Of a stretch of 64,000 bases of DNA, positions 12,352 to 23,825 are shown in pieces. Origin of the DNA: Octopus sinensis (Eukaryota). The stretch spans positions 5,642,001 through 5,706,000 of the forward strand of contig NC_043016.1 in the NCBI RefSeq assembly GCF_006345805.1, in the 5' to 3' direction. The translations under genes and the position numbers were made by a program. The notes beneath the pieces are model-generated. The model was not told the DNA's origin. It was given only the letters and a program-made list of their open reading frames with translations, and did no database searches. How positions within the stretch are numbered: position 1 is the first letter of the stretch; every line of letters begins with the position of its first letter.

Positions 12352-12968
12352 CATACATACAAACACACATACATACATACATACATTCATGCATACATAC
12401 ACACATACATACATACATACATACATACATACATGCATGCATGCATGCATGCATGCATACATACACACATACATACATACATACATACATACATACATAC
12501 ATACATACATACATACATACATACATCATGCATACATACATACATACAAACATACATACATACATACACACATACGTACGTACATACACACATTCATACA
12601 TACATACATACATACAAACATACATACATACATACATACATACATACATACATACATGTATACATACAAACATACATACATGCTTGCATACATACATTCA
12701 TACATACATACATACATACATACATACATACATACATACATACACACACACATACATACATACATACATGCATGCATACATACATACATACATACATACA
12801 TACAAACACACATACATACACACACACACATTCATACATACATACATACATACATACATACAAACATACATACATACATACATACATTCATATATACATA
12901 TATACATACATACATACATACATACATACATACATACATACATACATACATACATACATACATACATA
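12075..12968. repeat. (TACA)n microsatellite, ~0.9 kb
   Basis: Direct reading; source of the HTYI/MYVC pseudo-ORFs. Confidence 0.98.
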
Positions 12969-13342
12969 CGTGTATATACCCACACGCGCATATATATTAT
13001 CTAAAACAAAATATAAACCTGATCAAGTCCAAAGGTATTAGATATTAGATATTGTTAGTACTTTATACAGTTGTGGGCTGTAATTAAATGTAAATCATAA
13101 GCTAGTCAATGTTTATTTGTGAAAGACACCATCAGAAAACTGGGTGTGTATGTGTGTCTGTCTGTGCGCCAATGCTCGTGACCCCTTCGCAAGCGAAAAA
13201 CGAACACACTTAAATTGTAAACTGTCACGTCTTTTTAATATAATGCAAGGGAGATAACTCTTGAAGTTATCTCCCTTTATTATGTAGTTAAGAGACCATA
13301 CATTTTTGTCGCTATTAGCGAACCTCTTCACTATTTCAAGGA

Positions 13343-15408
13343 GTGACGACCCTGTCTGACACGAGTCCCGAGCTCAGCTGGCTCCGGCTGACAGTACCCG
13401 GTATGGGCCCCTATCCAGGGTTACGGAAAGGAGACAACCTTCAAAGAAATCCGGAGTGGAGCCCCGAAGGCGGTCTAGTGTTCGACTTGACACTCTTCCG
13501 GCAGCTCCTGCAACCAAGCTGGTGCCAAACGTAATGCTCTGCACTCCTTTGGACTACGTCAGCAAGGTCGAGAGAGGAAACCTGACGATTGGGTTACCCA
13601 GGATTTTCTTATTTCTAGCCCAAGCCTGCACAAAACTGGAGAGGACACTTTAGTGCTGCTGTAAAAAGCGGCAGAAAAAATACGGGAGGTAACAGTCACG
13701 AGTGATAAGTTCATTCAAATTGGCGTAAGATATGGGCGCTACGGGTCACCTCTGACGGTGGGAGGGACCTCCGTGTCCCATTGGTTTGCTACTGCCCACC
13801 TCAAGCTGGGCAGACCCCAGTTAATAAGGTGCTGACCCGCCACAGGCCGCCTGCTTCATTTGGTGCTTGGAGCTAAGAGTTTGACTTGAAAAGCGGCCTG
13901 CAACCTCTGCACCAGGCAAACAACTAAAAGACAAGAAACTACCAGTCCTGCGGTTAACAAGCTGGAATGTCAGGACCATGTGCCCTGGAATATCTGATGA
14001 TCTACTCAGGGTTGAAGACACAAGGAAAACGGCCATCATTGACCGTGAACTAAAGAGGCTTAACTTAGACATTGCTGGGCTATAGGAGACAAGACTCCCC
14101 TCAAACGGCAAACTCAATGAGCAGGATTTCACCGTCTTTTGGCAGGGAAGCGATCCAGAAGAACCTCGTCAGCATGGCGTTGGCTTTGCAGTGAGAAACT
14201 CATTACTCTCCTCAATAGAACCACCATCAGGAGGCACTGAGCGTATCCTCTCACTGCGCCTCTCGACTTCTGGTTCAGTACATCTACTGAGCATATATGC
14301 TCCCACTCTCTGCAGCTCAGAGGAGACCAAGGACTAGTTCTACAAAGATCTCAACTGTGTCATTAAAAATATACCAACCAATGAAAACATCTACCTTCTA
14401 GGAGATTTTAACGCTCACGTGGGATCTGACCATGATTCGTGGCCCATTTGTGTTGGAAACTTTGGTATTGGCAACATGAACGACAATGGTCAGAGACTAC
14501 TTGAATTTTGTACATACTATAACCTGTGCTTCACCAACACATTCTTTGCCAACAAGCCATCCCACAAGGCATCTCGGAGACATCCAAGATCTCACCACTG
14601 GCATCAGCTGGATCTCATCATTACACGAAGATCCTTTCTGAATTCTGTTCAACTGACCCGTAGTTACCACAGCGCGGATTGTGACACAGATCACTAACTA
14701 ATTAGAAGCAGGGTGAGGATTCTGCCTAAAAAAGTCCATCACTCCAAGAAAATGGGCCGACCACGCATTAACACTGCCAGAACCTCGGACCCTACACTGC
14801 GAAAATGTTTTGCTGTTTCTATTAAGGTTGCCCTCAGTAGCTGCCCAACCTCCTCTGCTGAAAGTAGGTGGAATTATATCAGTGAAGCTTTGTATACCAC
14901 ATCAATAGATACTTTCGACATGAGAGAAAGGCAAAACTCAGATTGGTTCAGTGCTGGGCTCTCAGAGCTGGAACCAGTTATCGAAGCAAAGCGTGCAGCT
15001 CTGATGCAATACAAGAGTGATTCTTCTACAAAGTCACTCGAAGAACTCAGAAAGGCAAGAAATAAAACCCAACTGACAGCCAGATGCTATGCAAATAGGT
15101 ATTGGCAGGAAATCAACTACTGGAGATCTCATCAAGGACCAAAGCAAGCAAATGCATAGTTGGGTGGAGCACTACCAGGATCTCTACTCACGGGAGACCA
15201 CGATAGCTGAGGCTGCAATCGGGAGTGTCAAGATCTTGCCAGTCATGTGCGAACTTGACAGTCCGCCATCTATAGCAGAGCTCACCAAGGCTATTGACTC
15301 CCTAGCAAGTAACAAGGCTCCGGGAAAAGACGGCCACCCCTCAGAGATCATCAAAGCCGGCAAAAACACCATCCTGCTTCGGAACCTTCATGAGCTTCTG
15401 TGCTATTA
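13343..15408 (+). mobile_element. RTE/BovB-like LINE, 5' half (UTR plus APE endonuclease), truncated at the start of RT
   Basis: SWNVRTM (~13960), LDIAGL*ETRL, HGVGFAV, SIYAPTL, LLGDFNAHVG, NDNGQRLLEFC, HQLDLII, DCDTDH; ends at NKAPGKDG..SEIIKAG; in-frame stops. Confidence 0.93.
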
Positions 15409-16050
15409 AACCTTATATTTTTCAAACTCATGCTAGGATGGAAAAATGAACGTAGGTATGAGACCTATTTTTACACATGTATTTATGCATATAAAACATG
15501 AAATTATGTTGTCTACATACTTAAATACTTGCAATTAATTCATTGTAAGAACATAGAATTTTGACAGGTTTTCTTGAGTTGCTGCTTATCTACAATAATC
15601 TGATAAGTTTGAGGTTATTGTTGGTTGCATAAGATTGTCATTGAATTTTCTCTCGACAGAAATATCTAATCATCATTTTATCCATACTAGCATGGGTTGT
15701 GTGTGTCATGTTGATATCTGTTTCAGTTTAATTCCCTCTGCAATGTTTTTTTTTTTGTGTTTATGCAATATGGTACTTTCATAAAATACAGTTGTCTCTT
15801 GCCTTACACAGTATTCTGTTTCTTAGTTTCACTTTAGCACAATTTTGCTCATTTTCTTATATTTGTTTCTTTTTGTTTTTGTTTTTACAAATATGGAAGT
15901 AGTAATTGCTTCAGTTTTTCATTTTATTTTGTTCAATATTTTCGAATTTGAAATATTAAAATTGAATTCACAAGAAATGAAAATTCAATGTATAAAATTA
16001 ACTTTAAACTAGATGTTCAGCATAAAATGCAAAAGTTTTACAAAAAGAAT

Positions 16051-16235
16051 TGTCATCGTCATCATCATCATCATTATCATTTAATGTCCATTATCCATGC
16101 TGGCATGGGTTGGACAGTTTCATCAGGGCTGGTAAGCTGAGGGACTGCAGCAGACTCCAGTCTGTTTTGGCATTGTTTCTACGGGTGGTTGCCCTTCTTA
16201 ACGTCAAGCACTCCATGAGTGTTGTGGGCAGGGGT
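16051..16235 (-). mobile_element. SINE family C (GAT-tailed) fragment
   Basis: CATCATCAT...CCATGCTGGCATGGGTTGGAC...TTTCTAC...GCCCTTC. Confidence 0.75.
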
Positions 16236-16869
16236 TGTAAAAAAATTAATTGATGAGAAATTAATAACAATATATTGTCTTCTCAAGCATGACATGTCAC
16301 CAAAGGTGTCGGTCATTAGTCGACCTGGACAAGGTGATGTGGACTACTTTCCCGTCTAGTGAATTGAACAATTACTCTATTGAACAATTACTTTATTTAC
16401 TGTAGAAAGTGGAATCACAAGGTTTTCTGTGGTTTTAGGCTATGTCAACCTTAAAATTGGCCCAGCATATGGCCTCTTTGTTATTTGGAGAGTTCCAAGA
16501 CTTCTTTTGTACATTTGCTCAGGTTAACTCTATGGCCTCTCGATTCCAGACTTTGCTTCCATACGAGAAATTTGTTCTCTAGTTCTGGTAGCGATTTAGC
16601 TATAAGAGGAAACTCATCAGTAAATAAGTGTGAAAACTCTTTGCTTTCACAAACACTTTATGAACACTGATTGAAGCAATGAAAAAAAAGGTCCTCGGTA
16701 TACAGGAAACGTGAGGAAAATATTTGGATAATGAAACTAATTATGTATGGGTAATTGAATGTAGTGTAATAAATGATAATACATGTATGTTTAGTTGTAA
16801 TCCTCTATGCCCTCCCGCAAGTCATTTGAAGGAAGCAAAGAAGACTGATAATATGTATTAAATGTTTAA

Positions 16870-18890
16870 CGAGAATGTGATAATTAGTGTGAGAGACAAT
16901 TAATCAATATTGATGGTGTGACGATCAAGGGGCAATGTGTCACTTGTGCGTCAGACTTTTGTGTCAGTCTTTGCGAGTCTGGCAGAGCGACAAACAGGAC
17001 AATTGCTGGATGGAGGATAAACTGCATCAGGCAAGGGTTGCTCTTGGAGGGCAGGGTCTTGAAGGGGTGTTGGGGTATGACCATTTGTGGTGAAGGTGGG
17101 GTAAGTTGGCGTGGCTCTGTGGGTCGGTAATGAGCTGCGTTTCTGGTCATGGTGATTTTCTGGTCATGGTGATTTTCTGGTCATGGTGATTTTCTGGTCA
17201 TGGTGATTTTCTGGTCATGGTGATTTTCTGGTCATGGTGATTTCTGGTCATGGTGATTTTCTGGTCATGGTGATTTTCTGGTCATGGTGATTTTCTGGTC
17301 ATGGTGATTTCTGGTCATGGTGATTTTCTGGTCATGGTGATTTTCTGGTCATGGTGATTTTCTGGTCATGGTGATTTTCTGGTCATGGTGATTTTCTGGT
17401 CATGGTGATTTTCTGGTCATGGTGATTTTCTGGTCATGGTGATTTTCTGGTCATGGTGATTTTCTGGTCATGGTGATTTTCTGGTCATGGTGATTTTCTG
17501 GTCATGGTGATTTTCTGGTCATGGTGATTTTCTGGTCATGGTGATTTTCTGGTCATGGTGATTTTCTGGTCATGGTGATTTTCTGGTCATGGTGAGTTGG
17601 GAAGTGGGCATTGGTGGTGCAGCTGCATGAGGTGCAGTTAAAGTGTGTCAAGAAGGTAGTCTTGTCATTGGTGTTGGTGTGAGGAATCCAGGTGGTTCAG
17701 GCACCATGAGCAGTGGTGCACAGGGAAGAACCAATAGATGCTTCCGGAGGAATTTTCTGATGCAGTGTGCCTCGGCCTGAGCCATCCACTTTCACCATGT
17801 ACAGATCGAACTGGTGTACGTCTATAATGGTACCATTTTTTCCCCCCATTTGTAGGATTGGGTCCAACTTGGCTCTGGATTAGGACATAGTCCGAAAGTC
17901 AGTGGTAGAAGTGAGCATGTGTGTTTTGACAACCGTTCAGTAGCACGCATGTGGCGGTTATGCAGGTCTTCTTTTCGAGAAGCCATAGTCTCATACCATG
18001 TGGAATGTGGCTGATACTTGTCGGGATGGATGAGAATAAAGTATTGTATTGGGCTGCCAGAGATGCACATGGCTGGGAACAAGTGTGTGTCCCGGTCAGG
18101 TGTGTTTCTTGTGCTGGAAACTGTCAGTGTTAAGGAAGCCATTGGTGTCAGTGTTGTCTGTAATGAGGTGCTTTATTGTCTCAATACCGACTTCAGTGCA
18201 GTTGTTGCCATGGGGAAATGCAATGGAGGTGATTCTGTGGTGCACTTCACAATTGTGAAAGAAGGTCCTCCGTCCAATGTCAGTTCATAGCAGATGCTAT
18301 ATGTCACGAAGATGTGGCTTAGTGCGGCGTTAAGTGCCCGTGCGCCATTCGATGCTTTCTTCACGTTGGTTTTCCAGACCTGTTGGGACATACCACCATT
18401 GTCTGTCACCAAGTGACAGGTGTACCAATGGGGATAGGCTTTATAACTCCAAGTTGTACGTTCCGGTCGAGACCTGCTTTTACTTCCTCTTGCCAATGAA
18501 CCAGGACTGCTATGGGCGTATGGTGGGTGACTGGCTTAGTATTGGGATCCTCCATTAAGCGGATCGGTAGGACAGATATCTTGGAGAATTGCCGATGGTT
18601 GCAGACGTTGAATGTGCTGGAGCTGTAGTATTGTAGCAGCCACTTCTTCAGGCGAACACGTTTTTCCTTAGTGGCTGGGAATGGTAGTGTAGTTGGAGGA
18701 GGGGGTTGTATCAGTTGTAGGTGGCAGGGGCATACATTCTGTGTCATTGTTGCAGATGATCGATGAGGCTTGTCAGTACCCTCCCCCATGGAGTGTTTAC
18801 ATGCCAACTCATGGCACAATCAGGTGCAGGACAGGGTACGTTGGTCATACTGACTCGCTTTTTGTCATAAATAAGTCTGACAACTGTTTG
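16870..18890 (-). mobile_element. Ty3/Gypsy LTR-retrotransposon internal remnant (RT N-terminus and integrase, internally deleted)
   Basis: HTPIAVLVHWQEEVKAGLDRNVQLGVIKPIPIGTPVTW (18406-18560), [10 protein letters not shown] integrase core, RNTPDRDT, and a GPY/F-like tail; LTRs not clearly identified. Confidence 0.8.
17140..17595. repeat. 17-bp minisatellite (GGTCATGGTGATTTTCT) x ~27
   Basis: Near-perfect units with occasional 16-bp variants; no spacers. Confidence 0.97.
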
Positions 18891-19109
18891 CTTTCACCAA
18901 TACTTTACGCAGTTTGAAGCAATGACCAAAGGGTTTTCAGTATACCTGAAATGTGAAGGGAAAGATGATGGATAATAAAATGAATAATATATGGCGAATT
19001 GAATGTAATGTAATAAATGGTAATATATGTGTGTTTAGTTGTTTTCCTGTAATCAGCATAGAGGAGTTCCTAGGGTCTGCCTGTTTTAAATTTCTCTGTT
19101 ATTGCCAGA

Positions 19110-19300
19110 ATGATTATGATATCAACAAAAGTCATGTACTGAGGTTTATATTTGGTTAGGTACTGCTCCTGCGGGTTTCTTACCAGAAATATAGCATGAC
19201 TGGTGCTTCTTCCTGATACAAAACCAAATTGCATCTCATCTAGATTAACTCTTTTCCTAATTAGTTGGGCTGTGATCCTCTCCGTGATTTTCATCATCTG
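19110..19300 (-). mobile_element. RTE-type RT fragment
   Basis: LDEMQFGFVSGRSTSHAIFLVR...YMTFVD. Confidence 0.8.
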
Positions 19301-19452
19301 ACGAAATTAGCGCCAGTGCAATCACTGTATTTTTAAAGCACACATCATGCATATGTTAACATATTAGCAATGAGAAAGCGCTCTATTTTTTTAATTGAAA
19401 ATATAGTCCAATATTACAACAGATCGATGTCTACCTATATATATACATATAT

Positions 19453-19681
19453 GCGGCGAGCTGGCAGAATCGTTAGCACGCGGGGCGAAATGCTTAGCGG
19501 TATTTCGTCTGCCGTTACGTTCTGAGTTCAAATTCCGCCGAGGCCGACTTTGCCTTTCATCCTTTCGGGGTTGTTAAATTAAGTACCAGTTACGCACTGT
19601 GGTCGATGTAATCGACTTAATCCGTGTGTCTGTCCTTGTTTGTCCCCTCTGTGTTTAGCCCCTTGTGGGTAGTAAAAAAAT
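19453..19681 (+). mobile_element. tRNA-derived SINE family B, full length
   Basis: GGCGAGCTGGCAGAATCGTTAGC head, GAGTTCAAATTCC B-box-like motif, GCCTTTCATCCTTTCGGGG central domain (Deu/Nin-like from memory). Confidence 0.9.
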
Positions 19682-20243
19682 ACATACATATATGGAGGGT
19701 AGCCATGTACTTTCTCTACAGCAACACACCTCTGCCTGTCTCTCTATCATACTTCAGCTTAGGATGAAGCCACCTCCCTCACTACTAGCAATCTACTCAT
19801 CCTTGAACTTTACTTTGTAATTTTACTAGTGCCAGTGTTACCAAAACTGTTCCCAGACACAGAAACCATATCAAAACAGACATTAGAGGTAAGTGTAGTA
19901 ATTCATCTCAGATCATGTGAAATAGTCCAACCCATGACAGCATGAAAAACGAATGTTAAATAATGATGATACACATACATGTTAATTGTATTTTTATTTC
20001 AATAATTAATTTGTTTCTATTATAAATAAAAACATCAACTTCATTTCGCACGTGGATTATATTTTGAATTTGCAGAGAGAACTGGGATGCATTTATGTGT
20101 AAGTTGTTTCCCTTGTACTACAATTCTTTCTCTAGTAGGCACAAAAGCGTATGTGGGCGTACGTGTATGTGTGTTGTATCTCTCTGTACGTGTTTGTGTA
20201 TGTATGTTCAGAGTCAGGGTTTAGAGCGATAACGAAGGTGAAG

Positions 20244-21038
20244 AGATCTTTTCCTTTTGAACGGCAGTTTGTAACATAATTTCTAGGTAACTAAAAAATT
20301 TAAAACTTCGTATACTGGTAGAATGTGTTTATAAAACATCATTTTCTCTTGGCTTTATTGAGAAAATTCTATAGTTTGTAAGATATTTCGTCTAAAATTT
20401 CTTGCATTTCGGCAATTTTAGCCAATGAATTACCTCCATTGACGTAAATAACATTCTGTGCATAATGAATATGTCTCTCGTTTAAGAAACAGATTGGGTT
20501 TATTTACATTTGTGAAGAAAAAAGATACCCTTCCCCTACCCTAACCCCAACCCTAACCCTAACCCTAACCCTAATTAACCCTAACCCTAAAACAGATTGA
20601 AATGCAGTAGATCGATACTAGGGTTATAATTATGAGTGACAATTTCATACGACACCGCTAAGTTTTTTATAGCAGTGTCGTATGAAATTGTCACCCATAA
20701 TTATAACCCTAGTATCGATATATTGCATTTCAATCTATTTTAGATTTAAGGTTAGAGTTAGGGTTAGGGTTAGGGGTGGGGGAAGTGTATTTTTTTTTCT
20801 TCACAAATGTAAATAAACCCAATCTGTTTCTTAAACGAGGGACATATTCATACGGCACAGAATGTTGCAGAAATTGAAGAAAAAAAACCCAACAAATATC
20901 TTACAGACTATAGAATTTTCTCAATAAAGCCAAGAGAAAAAGATGTTTTATAAACACATTCTACCAGTATACGAAGTTTAAATGTGTTTAGTTACCTAGA
21001 AATTATGTTACAAACTGCCGTTCAAAAGGAAAAGATCC
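20244..21038. mobile_element. Foldback (palindromic) non-autonomous DNA transposon with 8-bp TSD and (CCCTAA)n/(TTAGGG)n tracts
   Basis: Arms ~20244-20660 and ~20668-21038 are reverse complements; perfect TSD AGGTGAAG at 20236-20243 and 21039-21046. Confidence 0.9.
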
Positions 21039-21244
21039 AGGTGAAGTTGCAGTAGCGAAACAAAACAAAGGCGGCCAACACCTGCTATCCATCTCTGCAG
21101 TGCTTTCCAACCCTTTCCTTAACCTTCACCTGAATAACGACAGCATGAAAAATCCATATGTTGTGCTCAGAGAATGGTAGTACTTCCAAGTTGCTTGCGT
21201 GCTGAACAAAAACATTCTGTCACCCTCAGCTCTAATATATAAAT

Positions 21245-21390
21245 TCTAACACCAACTCCTAAATCCTAACTCTAAATACTAACCTTAACCCCAAAGCCCA
21301 ACGCCAACCTAGGATTGGAGTTAGGCTTTAGGGTTGGATCGGGTTAGGACTGAGGGTTATGGTTGGGTCAGGTTTTCGGGTTGGGTTCGA
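21245..21390. repeat. Degenerate (CCCTAA)-like then (TTAGGG)-like inverted tract
   Basis: CCTAAATCCTAACTCTAA...AACCTAGGATT...TTAGGGTTGG...GGGTTAGG. Confidence 0.6.
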
Positions 21391-21648
21391 TGAGCATTAG
21401 CGTTAATTGTTTCTCTATCTTATTTTCTCTTTCGTACACGATTACCTCCACATAGGTTCACCTTGTTCGTCTTACAGCTGCTACTCATCATTCATATAGT
21501 CGCTTCCATCTCTGTGCATTACTCTTTTCTTTCCTAATAAGTCTTGTCCCCCTCTTGAAGTAGAAGACATCTTGTTATATTTCGGTAACAAATGTTTAAT
21601 TATACCCCATTCCCTACTACAATAGGATAAATGTAACCAAGGAAGGTA

Positions 21649-23223
21649 CAGTGCCTTGCAAAAGTCTACACTCCGATTGGAAACTGGATGTATTTTGTTT
21701 ATTTTGATAGGAACAATTAATATTTTAAACTCCAATAATTTGTTTTAATAAGCAGATCTATCACATTTTTATTTAATACACAAAATACATTTGAAAAATT
21801 TAAAACAGATTCTTAAACAATGATAATTTTGAAAAATGTTTTTTCAAAAGTCTACACCCGCTTTGGAATATCTTCAGCTAATACTTTGTGGATGACCCTG
21901 CAGACGCCTCGGGTAGCCTTCCAGGAGCTTACTGCAGTGGTCTGCTGACAGTTTTCGCCATTCTTCATGGCAGAACTTCTCGAGCTATGTCAGATTGGAT
22001 GGGGAACGTCGGTGCTCAGCCAGCTTTAGATTTTCTATAGGGTTGAGGTCTGGAGCCTTGCTGGGCCACTCCAAAACTGTGATTCTCTTGCTAGCAAGCC
22101 AAGCTTTAATGCCTTTTGACACATGCTTGGGGTTGTTATCTTGTTGAAACTTGAAATTGCGACCCAAGTGCAGAGCTCTAACAGACTTCAGCAGGTTTGC
22201 CTCCAATATTTCTTGGTACTTAACACTGACCATGATACCTTGGATGGTTACCAACTCTCAAACCCCTACAGCTGAAAATCAGCCCCAAAGCATGATTGAG
22301 CCACCGCCGTGCTTTACAGTGGGGACGGTGTAACGAGGTTGGTGAGCAGTGCCTTTTTCCCGCCAAATGTAGCGTTTCGTATTTTTTCGAAATAACTCGA
22401 CTTTGGTCTCATCTGACCACAAAATCTTTCTTCACATGGCCATGGAATCATTAATGTAGCTTTTGGCAAAGTTTAGCCTAGCTTGCTTGTGTATAGGCTT
22501 CAGAAGGGGCTTTATTCTAGCTACCCTCCCTTGCAGGCCAGACCAGTGCAATACACTGGATATTGTAGATGCATGGACATTTGTCCCAGTACTGGAAACT
22601 GAAGCTTCCAAGTCTTCTAGTGTTGCACTAGGGTTGGAGGTTGCCTCCTTGACCAATTTTGACTTTGCTCTTGCAGTAAGTTTGCTCGGCCTCCCAGATC
22701 TTGGTAGCGTAGAAGTGGTTTTGTGCAATAACAACTTCTTAACTACAGTTTTAACAGTGCTTAGAGGCAATTCTAAAGTTTTTGCAATCTTTTTATAGCC
22801 ATTATTTTCTTTGTAGTTTTGAAAGAATAAGGTCTTTAAATTCCTGAGACAGAGGCTTGCCCATTTTCTTTCCCGAGTTGGACCCCTTGTGTTTACAGTC
22901 AGAGTCCAAAGACCAACATACCAAAAAACCATGTGGTGAATGATTTTGTAGGCAGTTAAATCACCTTATACAGCAAAATAATAGACTGGCCAAGTTTGTT
23001 TGTTATGGTAGAAAGCACATGTCACTTTTGATTGTTTTGGATTGTATACATCAATGACAAACTACCTAGTGTGAAAATTCAAAAATTTAATTTTTATATC
23101 AAAGTGTGATGGATCTGCTTATTATTTAACAATCATTGGAACTGAAAACATGTGTTGTTCCCTGTTAAAATATACAAAATATATACATTTTCAAAGGAGA
23201 GTGTAGATTTTTGCAAGCCACTG
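21649..23223 (-). mobile_element. Full-length inactive Tc1 (DD34E) transposon with long TIRs
   Basis: TA|CAGTGCCTTGCAAAAGTCTACAC ... GTGTAGATTTTTGCAAGCCACTG|TA; GYKKIAK, GRPSKL, WSDETK, KHGGGSIMLWG, QQDNNPKH, WPSKAPDLNPIENL; frameshift near 22430 and stops. Confidence 0.95.
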
Positions 23224-23825
23224 TAACATTTAGGTATTCTACTGTTAACCATAGGATTTAGTGATTTCCCGCTACATATATTCGTAAAGATATTACGTCT
23301 ACATCATTTAAAGGACTAGTGGTTACATGATAATATCCGTTGCCGCATAAGGATATTTCTGATATCTCCTGTTATTTATGTGTGGCTCAAAAGTTTTTTT
23401 CGACCTCATTTGTTAGATTAAGAAGTAAAGAAATGGCGATTAAAGAAATAGGAAACAGAACTGTGTATACTGTCTGTCAGTGCATTTAATACCATAATGT
23501 TCGTGAATTCGAGAATTCTCCTTCCACCAGCAGTTGCAATTTTATTCGTTGATCATTATTTGCCTCTAACCCTTGCTTTGCTTTGTAGACGTCACTGCCC
23601 ATCGGAATGCCTGGCAACAGGCAGCTCCAATGGAAGTCTCATCCGAGAAGGTCCGCTGCCCCGTCATCTCCGCAGCTTACTTTGAGTTGAGACCTCCAGA
23701 CTAGAAACAAACCACTGGACAGAGGTGTAACGGCATAGTGTTTCAGCTTCTCGAATGCTTCAATGAGACCCTCAGAAAAGATCTCATATGGGTGTTCGGT
23801 GCACTGGTAGTCTAATCTCTTGGAA

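Noticed and set aside
11589-13048. Long ORFs (471, 325, 275 aa) rich in HTYI/MYVC
   Set aside because: Stop-free translation of the (TACA)n microsatellite; the same applies to ORFs over the TA, GTAT and AAT tracts elsewhere.
17140-17595. CRISPR-like regular repeat
   Set aside because: Units are contiguous with no spacers, there are no cas genes, and the context is eukaryotic.
19453-19560. tRNA gene (also at other SINE heads, e.g. 33405 and 41860-41925)
   Set aside because: A/B-box-like motifs continue into shared SINE bodies, and no complete cloverleaf is evident.
20530-21390. Telomere-telomere fusion scar
   Set aside because: The order is (CCCTAA)n then (TTAGGG)n, opposite to an end-to-end fusion, and the main tracts sit inside an element with a TSD.
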